Shown here in pieces: positions 56,424 to 64,000 of a DNA stretch of 64,000 nt; the stretch's first letter is position 1, and the number at the start of each line of letters is the position of its first letter. The translations under genes were made by a program, and so were the position numbers. Below the pieces are notes generated by a model. The model did no database searches. It was given only the letters and a program-made list of their open reading frames with translations, and was not told the origin of the DNA. Source of the stretch: an uncultured archaeon (GTDB taxonomy: Archaea > Thermoproteota > Bathyarchaeia > 40CM-2-53-6 > CALIRQ01); NCBI GenBank assembly GCA_938042195.1, contig CALIRQ010000006.1:46868-110867 (forward strand), read 5' to 3'.

Positions 56424-56470
56424 ACCCCTTACCTTCGGGTTCGGGTCGGGATGCCCATATATTTTAGCTT

Positions 56471-57931
56471 TTAGGGCATTGGGAGGGTTTCCCTCCTAAG
56501 GGCATCCCGGAGGCCCCTCATAAACCCCAATACCGGCATTATCTCCAACCTCCCGATCCACATCTCCAGTACCAATACGAGTTTGGGGATGGGGTGGAGA
56601 GATGCGGAGGTTATCCCGACTGAGAGGCCCACGTTCCCTTGGGCGGATGCGCATTCGAAAAGGGAGTCCCCTATATCGAACCCGAAAGCGGTCAGGATCG
56701 CGGTGCAGATCGCCAAGGAGCCAATATAAATGATGATGAATCTGAAGGCTTCTAGTATTTCCTCGCCCCCGATCTCCCTATCCCTAAACTTGAGGGGAAA
56801 TACTAGGGAGGGGAAAAGCTCCTTCCTGAAGGCCCATCGGATGTATTTGAGCACCAATACCAGCCTGAACAGCTTTATGGCGCTTGAAGTGGAGCCATAG
56901 CCTCCCCCGATGGTCATAAGAATCGTCAGGAGGAATTTCATGAACCCGCCATAAGGCTTATTTTCTCCATAGAGCGGCGCTATCGTAAAGCCGGTTCCGG
57001 ATAGGGCGGAAACGCTTTCGAAGAGGCCGAACCTGATGGCGTCAGGGGCCCCTATTGAGGGCGATGCCAAAAGGAATGCCGCGATCGATGGAACGGAAAG
57101 GGCCAATATTGCCAGCATCGCCTTGACTTCCGGGTTATGGAAGGGGTTCTCTCCCCTAACAAGCAACCCATAATGGACGCCGAAGCTTGTTGCCCCAAGG
57201 GCCATCATTAATATGGCAACGGCCTCCATGAGCGGATTTCCATAGAACGCCAAGCTGCGGTTCCTCGTGGAGAACCCGCCGGTCGCTATGGCCGTCATGG
57301 AATGGTTTATGGCATCGAAGAGGGGCATCCCGGATAGGTGGAATAGGATGATCCCGAGCGCGGTATAGGAGGCATAGATCCACCAAATCCTTCGGACGGT
57401 CCCCGCCACGCTCGGCCTGATCTTCTCCCTCCGGGCCTCCGAGATGTAGAGCCTTGCCGCTAACACGCCCGGCCTCGCCAGAACCGATAGGAAGAGCACT
57501 ACGACCCCAACCCCGCCGAACCATTCCAACAGGCTCCTCCAGAGGAGGAGGGATTTTGGCAAGGCCTCGACATCGGGGAATATCGTAAGGCCGGTCGCTG
57601 TGAGGCCGGACATCGCCTCAAAATATGCGTTTAACCAAGATGTGCCGCCGGCCAGCTTCATCGGCACCATGGCCAGCAAGGGCAACGTGACCCAAGAGAT
57701 GGCTGATAATCTCATCGCTCGATATAGAGTCGGTTCCCCCGAGGGGGTGAGCCTATGGAGGGAATAGCCCAACGCCAATCCAAGCATCGCCGGAGCCAAG
57801 AAGGAGGGGATCAGATCCGCTTCGCCGAGGAGGAGGCAGGAGGCAGCCGGGAAGAAGAACAAAATAGAGAAGATGGCGAGTAAGAGGCCGAGAACGTGGA
57901 GATCCTCCAGAAAGGATGGCTTGCTGAACAT
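56471..57931 (-). CDS. trkH: Trk K+ uptake membrane subunit
   Basis: FEAMSGLTATG, EWFGGVG, IATGGFS, GGGYGSTSSAIK, QGNVG, GRLE. Confidence 0.92.
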   Translation of the reverse strand: MFSKPSFLEDLHVLGLLLAIFSILFFFPAASCLLLGEADLIPSFLAPAMLGLALGYSLHRLTPSGEPTLYRAMRLSAISWVTLPLLAMVPMKLAGGTSWLNAYFEAMSGLTATGLTIFPDVEALPKSLLLWRSLLEWFGGVGVVVLFLSVLARPGVLAARLYISEARREKIRPSVAGTVRRIWWIYASYTALGIILFHLSGMPLFDAINHSMTAIATGGFSTRNRSLAFYGNPLMEAVAILMMALGATSFGVHYGLLVRGENPFHNPEVKAMLAILALSVPSIAAFLLASPSIGAPDAIRFGLFESVSALSGTGFTIAPLYGENKPYGGFMKFLLTILMTIGGGYGSTSSAIKLFRLVLVLKYIRWAFRKELFPSLVFPLKFRDREIGGEEILEAFRFIIIYIGSLAICTAILTAFGFDIGDSLFECASAQGNVGLSVGITSASLHPIPKLVLVLEMWIGRLEIMPVLGFMRGLRDALRRETLPMP

Positions 57932-58121
57932 GTCCCCGACTCGCCATCCATCGGGCTCCTGAGCTCCCATAAGGGGGGATTTAAGGCTTCCCATAGGCTG
58001 GAGTTGGGCCATTGCCAAAGCCGTTTGAGGCGGGGCCATGGGAACTGGAAAAGATATATTTAGCCATTACTCGGCCACATACCGGCCTATTGGCTACAAT
58101 CCACGGGGTGGGCGATCGAGA

Positions 58122-58367
58122 ATGGGAAAGGTCAGGACGGAGATCGTGAAGAGGATGGCGAGGGACCTCCTGAGCCGGTATCCGGATAGGTTCACGACGG
58201 ATTTCGAGGAGAACAAGAGGGCCGCATCGGAAGTGATTATATTCAAAACCAAGAGGCTCAGGAACAGGGTTGCGGGTTATATAACGAGCTTGAAAAGGAT
58301 GGAGGTTAAAAGAGCGGCGAAGGCAGCGGAGGTCTCGATGGAGACGGCGCCACAACCGGCCGCTTGA
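58122..58367 (+). CDS. rps17e: 30S ribosomal protein S17e
   Basis: MGKVRTEIVKR...FEENK...LRNRVAGYIT. Confidence 0.95.
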   Translation: MGKVRTEIVKRMARDLLSRYPDRFTTDFEENKRAASEVIIFKTKRLRNRVAGYITSLKRMEVKRAAKAAEVSMETAPQPAA

Positions 58368-58386
58368 TCGGCGAACGTTACGGCGA

Positions 58387-58695
58387 TCACATGAGCTCTA
58401 TTTCTATATAAACGTCCTCCGGAGTCCTGACTCGCATCAATCTCTTCAGGAACCTCTCGTTTGGGTCCACATCTATCAGCCTCTTATGGATCCTCATCTC
58501 CCATTTATCCCAAGTATGGGTGCCCTCGCCACAAGGAGATTTCCTAGTCGGTACGACCAAGCGCTTGGTGGGCAACGGGATCGGCCCCCTCAACCTTACT
58601 CCAGTCTTTTCGGCTATCTTCTTTATCTCCTCGCATATCTGGTTCAGGTCGCCCGGCTTGGTACTGGATAGCCTTATCCTTGCCTTCTCGACCAT
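58387..58695 (-). CDS. rps10: 30S ribosomal protein uS10
   Basis: [27 protein letters not shown]. Confidence 0.97.
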   Translation of the reverse strand: MVEKARIRLSSTKPGDLNQICEEIKKIAEKTGVRLRGPIPLPTKRLVVPTRKSPCGEGTHTWDKWEMRIHKRLIDVDPNERFLKRLMRVRTPEDVYIEIELM

Positions 58696-58755
58696 TCAGC
58701 CTCGCCTTTGACGATCGAGTCCGTTCGCTCTAGAGCGCCTCCTCCGAAACGCCGC

Positions 58756-60060
58756 TTAACCCTTCTCCGTGACCTCCTTAACCACGCCAACTGCAACCGT
58801 GATGCCCATATCCCTTATGGCGAAGCGGCCCAGCTGCGGGAACTGCTGGAACGGCTCTATCACTATCGGCCTGACGGGCCTAAGCCTCACGATTGCGCCA
58901 TCGCCCGTTTTGAGGAAGGATGGCTTCTCTTCGGTGACTTGCCCGGTCCTGGGGTCTATCTTGCTGATCAGCTCGACGAAAGTCGTAGCCATCGTGGTCG
59001 TATGCGCATGGAGGACCGGCGTATAGCCCGCGGCTATCGCCGTGGGGTGGTTTATCACTATTATTTGGCCTATGAACTCCTTGGCCACCGTCGGCGGGTT
59101 ATCCGGATGGCCCGCGACATCCCCTCTATGGATCTGGTCCTTGGAAACGCCCCTGACGTTGAAGCCTATGTTGTCGCCCGGCTCGGCCTTCGGGATCCTC
59201 ACATGATGGGTCTCTATGGATTTCACCTCGCCCTCGACCCCCGCGGGCATGAACACCACCTTGTCCCCCTCCTTGAGGACGCCGGTTTCAACCCTTCCGA
59301 CGGGCACCGTTCCAACCCCCGTTATGCTGTAGACGTCCTGAATGGGTAGCCTTAGCGGCTTATCCAAGGGCTTCGGCGGGATCGTGAACTCGTCTAAGGC
59401 CTTCACTAGGGTGGGGCCCTTATACCAAGGCGTCTTAGGACTCGGCTCGACGAGGTTGTCTCCAACCCATCCCGAGGTCGGTATGAAGTTTATCTTCGAT
59501 ACATCGTAGCCGACCACCTTCAACAGCCCCTGGAGCTCCTTCTTGCACTCCTCGTATCGCTCCTGGCTATAATTGACTGAGGGGTCATCGATCTTATTTA
59601 TGCTCACTACGAGCTGGCCTACACCCAAGGTCCTAGCCAAGTAAGCGTGCTCCCTTGTCTGGCCGCCGGGACCTATGCCGACCTCGAATTCGCCCTTCTT
59701 TGCGGAAGCGACCAAGATAGCGCAATCGGCTTGGCTCGTCCCGGTTATCATGTTCTTTATGAAGTCCTTGTGGCCGGGGCAGTCGATGATCGTGAAGAAG
59801 TACTTCGGTGTCTCGAACTTTTGGAATGAGAGGTCTATCGTGACCCCCCTCTCCCTCTCCTCCTTCAGCCTATCGAGGACCCAAGCGAATTTGAATGTTT
59901 CCCCGGCCCCCAGCTTCTCCGACTCCTTTGCGTAGGTGTCTATCGTCTTTTGATCGATTACGCCGGATTTATAGAGCAGGTGCCCCATCAGGGTGCTCTT
60001 GCCGTGGTCAACGTGGCCTATGACCACCACATTGAGGTGCGGCTTCGATATCGCGCTCAT
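58756..60060 (-). CDS. tuf: Translation elongation factor EF-1 alpha
   Basis: [37 protein letters not shown]. Confidence 0.98.
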   Translation of the reverse strand: MSAISKPHLNVVVIGHVDHGKSTLMGHLLYKSGVIDQKTIDTYAKESEKLGAGETFKFAWVLDRLKEERERGVTIDLSFQKFETPKYFFTIIDCPGHKDFIKNMITGTSQADCAILVASAKKGEFEVGIGPGGQTREHAYLARTLGVGQLVVSINKIDDPSVNYSQERYEECKKELQGLLKVVGYDVSKINFIPTSGWVGDNLVEPSPKTPWYKGPTLVKALDEFTIPPKPLDKPLRLPIQDVYSITGVGTVPVGRVETGVLKEGDKVVFMPAGVEGEVKSIETHHVRIPKAEPGDNIGFNVRGVSKDQIHRGDVAGHPDNPPTVAKEFIGQIIVINHPTAIAAGYTPVLHAHTTTMATTFVELISKIDPRTGQVTEEKPSFLKTGDGAIVRLRPVRPIVIEPFQQFPQLGRFAIRDMGITVAVGVVKEVTEKG

Positions 60061-60144
60061 GCCTATTTCCTTCCCTCCCGAATTGAACTAACGATCTAAT
60101 TTGAACATGGGATATATAAGCATTAGATCCGGCCCCACCCCGGC

Positions 60145-60735
60145 TCACCTGCTGGAGAGGGCTATCCTCTCAATCTCCTCCTTGCGCCTTATGGCGAAGC
60201 TCCTGCTATCCCCGCCATAGGCGTTGAGTATTTCCTCGGCGAGGCATTCGTCTATGGTCCTGAAATTGTTGAAGGCCGCCTCCCTAGCGCCCTCAGCTAT
60301 ATGCCTAAGGGCCAAGTCCAGCCTCCTCTGCGGCGCGATATCCACGGCTATGGGGTACACTATACCGCCGTAAGCTACCCTCGTCACCTCCTCCTTGGGC
60401 GCCGCGTTCTCCAAAGCCTTTACGAGGACCGCTACTGGGTTCTTCCCGGTCCTCATATGGATCAATTCCAAGGCGTTCTTCACAATTCCCATGGCCTTCG
60501 CCTTCTTCCCCCCGCATCGGCCGTGGCGCATCATATTGTTTATGAGCCTTTCGACTATGTTCACAGAGGCTTTCCCGAATTTCTTATGCTCATGCCTCCC
60601 GCCGCTATGCGGGAGGAATTTTGGCTCGAGGCATATGTATCGTTTGAGCCCTGGATCCTCTACCTCGGCCTCGAAATCCCATTTCCCGAAGAGCTTTATA
60701 TCGAGATGCGCCCGCTTTTTCGAATCCTTGCTCAA
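60145..60735 (-). CDS. rps7: 30S ribosomal protein uS7
   Basis: IKLFGKWD, IVERLIN, NPVAVLVKALEN, IAPQRRLD. TTG 60735 gives 196 aa; the longer ORF runs into the SRP RNA. Confidence 0.95.
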   Translation of the reverse strand: MSKDSKKRAHLDIKLFGKWDFEAEVEDPGLKRYICLEPKFLPHSGGRHEHKKFGKASVNIVERLINNMMRHGRCGGKKAKAMGIVKNALELIHMRTGKNPVAVLVKALENAAPKEEVTRVAYGGIVYPIAVDIAPQRRLDLALRHIAEGAREAAFNNFRTIDECLAEEILNAYGGDSRSFAIRRKEEIERIALSSR

Positions 60736-60842
60736 TCCGGCCTCTCCGCTTGATTGTTGAAGGGGGTCAGGGCCAACGCCAATAAATAAGTCTTTGGGGC
60801 CCGGGGGAATCTTTATTCGATCCCCCATCCAAAGACAACCTT

Positions 60843-61176
60843 GGCGGCGGGGCTTAGGCGGGGGGCTCGGTCTCCCCTGAGGGAACCCAGTCCCGACCAC
60901 AAATGACCGATACGGTGGGCCGAGAGTCGCGGCGAGGCATCAACGACCTCGCTCTGCCTCCTGAGCCCGGCTGGGAGGGTTCGTCCCCCGGGGACGGCGT
61001 AGGGCGACGACCCCTTCTCGGAGGGGAGGGGGGCCGCCCGCGCGGGCCGAACCGGGGGAGGCTTGGGAAAGAGCACCCCTAAGGCCCGGCGTCGGCGCTC
61101 GGGGGGGAGCGGGCCTGAGTTGGGCAAGGGTCGGCGCGCGGGGCACCGAGGTGCCCAACCGCGATGTCCCGCCGCC
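60843..61176 (+). ncRNA. ffs: SRP (7S) RNA
   Basis: Helix 1 GGCGGCGGGGC/GUCCCGCCGCC; Alu loops UCGGUC and GACCGA complementary; helix 6 with a GGAG tetraloop; helix 8 GGGG-AGG-CUU-GGGA-AAG-AGCA-CCCC SRP54 motif. Confidence 0.9.
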
Positions 61177-62083
61177 TAATCAAGCCCATCAGGGCACAGG
61201 CTTTGCAAACCTCCCCGGATGAGGGCCCTCCGCATATCTTGCAAATCCCCTCACCAGCTTCGGATGAGCATTTGGCGAGGCTCCTCAGCGATTGCGCGGA
61301 TCTCAATATCGAGTATTTGGCACCCGGATGCCTAAGCTCCAAAATATTCAGCGCGGCCCTCACATCGTTCCTGATCGCCCCCTTCCCATATGGGCAGGCG
61401 GAGCTGACTATCGGGATCCCATTCAAGTAGGCATAAAGGGCGATCTCCTTCTCCGGGATCCTGAAGAAAGGCTTTATCCTGGGCGCGATACCTTGGCGAG
61501 GAGGGGAAACGGGCGATAGGGCCCTGAGGGCCCTCCCCGGATCTCCCCGGATTAGGTTGATGAGGAAGGTTTGCACCACGTCATCCAGATTATGCGCGAG
61601 GGCTAACTTATTCGCGCCCAAGATCTCCGCCAGATGATTCAGGGCCTTCCGCCTGAGCACCCCGCAATAGGAGCATGGATTTCCCTCGGGCTGGGAGGCG
61701 ATCATCTCGTCCAATGGGGAGCCGTAGAGCTCTTTGAATGAGGTCGCGATCCAAGGGATCCCCAGGACTTCGCAAAACCCCTTGGCGATGGAGAGGGCCC
61801 CATCCCTATAGCCCCCTATCCCCTCATCCACCATAACGGCCACGAGTTCGCAACTCGGGAACCTAGCTGTAAGCTTAGATAGGATATTCAGGAGGGATAA
61901 GCTATCCTTGCCCCCCGAAACCGCGACGGCGATCTTATCGTTAGGCTTAAGCATATCGTATTTGGATATCGTACGGCGGACCTTGTCCTCCAAGTTCCCA
62001 ATCAGGCAGCCGGCGCATAGGGCGACGCCCTCGTTCCTCCTCAAATATATTGCGGCGGAGGATTTGCAGATTGAGCAGTTCAT
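61079..62083 (-). CDS. tRNA 2-thiolation protein (Ncs6/TtuA family)
   Basis: N- and C-terminal zinc fingers, PP-loop SGGKDS, CSYCGVLRR, AHNLDD, CPY. Confidence 0.9.
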   Translation of the reverse strand: MNCSICKSSAAIYLRRNEGVALCAGCLIGNLEDKVRRTISKYDMLKPNDKIAVAVSGGKDSLSLLNILSKLTARFPSCELVAVMVDEGIGGYRDGALSIAKGFCEVLGIPWIATSFKELYGSPLDEMIASQPEGNPCSYCGVLRRKALNHLAEILGANKLALAHNLDDVVQTFLINLIRGDPGRALRALSPVSPPRQGIAPRIKPFFRIPEKEIALYAYLNGIPIVSSACPYGKGAIRNDVRAALNILELRHPGAKYSILRSAQSLRSLAKCSSEAGEGICKICGGPSSGEVCKACALMGLIRRRDIAVGHLGAPRADPCPTQARSPPSADAGP

Positions 62084-62093
62084 GAAACACCCC

Positions 62094-63254
62094 TCAGAAC
62101 TTGAATGGCCCAAAATTTATGTAGGAAAGCGCCAAGTTAGCGAAGAGAAGGCCCGCGCATGCTATGCTCGCAGCGATCCTTATCCCCCTTCTCCTCCTGA
62201 TGCCCATCGCATCGAGGAGGGCATCCAAATATCTATCCCCATCGAGGGGATATAGGGGCAACATGTTGATTAGGGCGACGTTCAGGAGGACCATGAAGAG
62301 CCAATTCTCGGCCATTAATAGTCTATAAGGAAGCTCCTTGGGGGCGAAGGGAACCCTTGGCTCGAAGAAGGGGAATGGATAAATTCCCATCGTGGCCCTG
62401 CTAGAGTTGAGCGGATGGGCCTTTGCTACGATTGGAAAGTCCCCCCTATCGGTCCTTGTGACGAGCACGGATCCAGGCTTTGCCATTGATAGGTAGGACC
62501 TTAGCGCGCTAGGATCCCAAACCCTCGTGCCGTTTATGGAGAATATCACATCCCAGCTCCTTATCCCGGCCTCCTTCGCCGGCCCCCCCTCCACGATTCC
62601 AGTTACCAAAACGCCCGATGGCTCGGTCGAGTACAATGGGTAGATCGTGGCGGGGAAATTCGACAATAGGATTAGAAACACAAGGGCCAGACATACGTTC
62701 ATTGAGGATCCGGCGGCGAATATCCTGAGCTTGGGGCGCCAGCTTAAGCCGCTCAGCTCCTTTTCATCGAGCTCCACGAATGCGCCAGGTATTAGATAGG
62801 CCAAGAATGCGCCCACCGATTTAGGCTTGACCCCCTCCAGGAGGCTGGCTATCCCATGAGACGCTTCATGGCTTACGACGAGGACGGCGATCGCCAACAA
62901 TAAGTAGGGCAGGCTCTCGAACCCAACGGTGATCCCTGGGACCAATATCGTGACCCTATCTGCCCCCTCGGCTCGATGCGCCAAAAGCCTAGCGTTCATC
63001 GCTAAGCGATAGATTATGAACGCCATCATGCCGATCCCGAGGGCCGCGCCAGAGTTGAAGAATGCCCTCCAGAGTTTGCTCCCCCTCCTAGAGATCGCCT
63101 CCAGAAGGCTGTTGAATGCCTTCGTTCTATAGGATAGATAGAAAAGGCCCACGGATATCCCCCTCTCCTTAAGCCTAAAGGCACGCGAAAGCGCGAAGAG
63201 CGCCAACCAACCGATCGAATAGACCGCTAGAGATTGGATCAGATCGAAGCCCAT
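62094..63254 (-). CDS. Site-2 protease (M50) with PDZ domain
   Basis: HEASH zinc motif, GAFVE, PDZ segment, NMLPLYPLDG. Confidence 0.92.
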   Translation of the reverse strand: MGFDLIQSLAVYSIGWLALFALSRAFRLKERGISVGLFYLSYRTKAFNSLLEAISRRGSKLWRAFFNSGAALGIGMMAFIIYRLAMNARLLAHRAEGADRVTILVPGITVGFESLPYLLLAIAVLVVSHEASHGIASLLEGVKPKSVGAFLAYLIPGAFVELDEKELSGLSWRPKLRIFAAGSSMNVCLALVFLILLSNFPATIYPLYSTEPSGVLVTGIVEGGPAKEAGIRSWDVIFSINGTRVWDPSALRSYLSMAKPGSVLVTRTDRGDFPIVAKAHPLNSSRATMGIYPFPFFEPRVPFAPKELPYRLLMAENWLFMVLLNVALINMLPLYPLDGDRYLDALLDAMGIRRRRGIRIAASIACAGLLFANLALSYINFGPFKF

Positions 63255-63330
63255 GTGAAACGCAAGGAAGGTGGAGGGTAAAGTAATAATTAAACATTTA
63301 TCGTAATCTTTGCCGGGATTGGTCCCGAAA

Positions 63331-64000
63331 ATGCGATCTGGACAAAAAGCGGAGTTCAGGGAGGTCGTCTACGAGCGAGGGAGGTGGGAGTTATTGGAGC
63401 GGATGAGGGGGAAGGCCCTAGGGATAATGCGGGCTCTGCAATCCTCCAACTTGGCTCCGGTAATTTATGGCAGCATAGCCAGGGGGGATGTCGATAAGGA
63501 TAGCGATCTGGACGTCTTCATTCCGAATCCTATCTCCTCCACCGAGGTCGAGCTCGCCGTGGAGATGGCTGGCTTTAGGCCCCTCAGGAGGGTTTTGGTT
63601 CAGGCGACGCCCTCCTATGCCCCGAAGGGCTATTTATTCCTGGAGGAGGACGTATCGATTTCCTTTCCTTTGGTGAAGCTCCGAACTGTGGAGAGGGAAT
63701 TCTACAAATTCGCTGGCGAGCTCGATCTCAGCGGCGCGAGTGAAGGAATCAGGAGGGCAGGCGTTAACAAGCAATTGCTCCTGATCGAACCGAAGGAGTT
63801 TGGGCATGTGGAAAGCCCAGTGGTTGGCAGGGAATCCTATGTGGCCGGGCTGCTCGGGATAAGCCTGAGAACGGTCATGGATAGGGTGAGGGCGCTGGAT
63901 AAACGCAGCAGGGTGGGAAGGACGGGGCTATTCATTGAGAGAGATCTGGGACCTGAAGAAAATTTTGAGTCCGTACTCGCAAAAATGGAGGCGGGGAATC
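63331..64000 (+). CDS. Conserved archaeal nucleotidyltransferase-domain protein (3' end runs off the window; absent from the ORF track)
   Basis: Manual translation: MRSGQKAEFREVVYERGRW...IYGSIARGDVDKDSDLDVFIP...QATPSYAPKG...GVNKQLL...RVGRTGLF; open to base 64000. Confidence 0.85.
   Translation, partial: MRSGQKAEFREVVYERGRWELLERMRGKALGIMRALQSSNLAPVIYGSIARGDVDKDSDLDVFIPNPISSTEVELAVEMAGFRPLRRVLVQATPSYAPKGYLFLEEDVSISFPLVKLRTVEREFYKFAGELDLSGASEGIRRAGVNKQLLLIEPKEFGHVESPVVGRESYVAGLLGISLRTVMDRVRALDKRSRVGRTGLFIERDLGPEENFESVLAKMEAGN

Noticed and set aside
60878-60896. SRP Alu insertion as a BHB intron
   Set aside because: The would-be central helix (CCCC versus GACC) does not pair.
60843-61176. RNase P RNA
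   Set aside because: No P4 GAGGAAAGUCC-like or 3' ACAGAA motif; the SRP helix 6, helix 8 and Alu features fit instead.
1-64000. CRISPR arrays, transposases, integrases, prophage or rRNA genes
   Set aside because: No regularly spaced repeats or corresponding motifs seen by eye; the many antisense ORFs in the track are GC-driven shadows of the real genes.

Overview
Core-genome window of a GC-rich archaeon. A fused rpoA'A'', an unsplit rpoB and a structural-type tRNA splicing endonuclease subunit point to a TACK lineage (Bathyarchaeia-, Korarchaeia- or Nitrososphaeria-like; this is inference). It holds rpoH-rpoB-rpoA-L30e-nusA, uS12, thrBC, uS7-EF1A-uS10, Liv and Opp ABC transporters, TrkAH, a visibly more AT-rich catabolic island, an SRP RNA, a TPP riboswitch upstream of thiW and six tRNA genes. 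The standout is an expanded bulge-helix-bulge (BHB) splicing system, all parsed by hand. (1) mtnA is frameshifted by a 22-nt BHB/BHL-forming intron inside its THCNAG active-site motif, and is transcribed divergently from the splicing endonuclease beta subunit. (2) All six tRNAs are interrupted, with 14 introns of which 10 are non-canonical: a four-intron tRNA-Tyr (possibly with a nested fifth), a three-intron tRNA-Lys, and introns at 9/10, 15/16 and 68/69. (3) Only the tRNAs whose intron motif needs acceptor- or T-stem bases carry flanking 10-11 nt complementary 'decoy' strands that could free those bases for splicing. No CRISPR array, transposase or integrase was seen.
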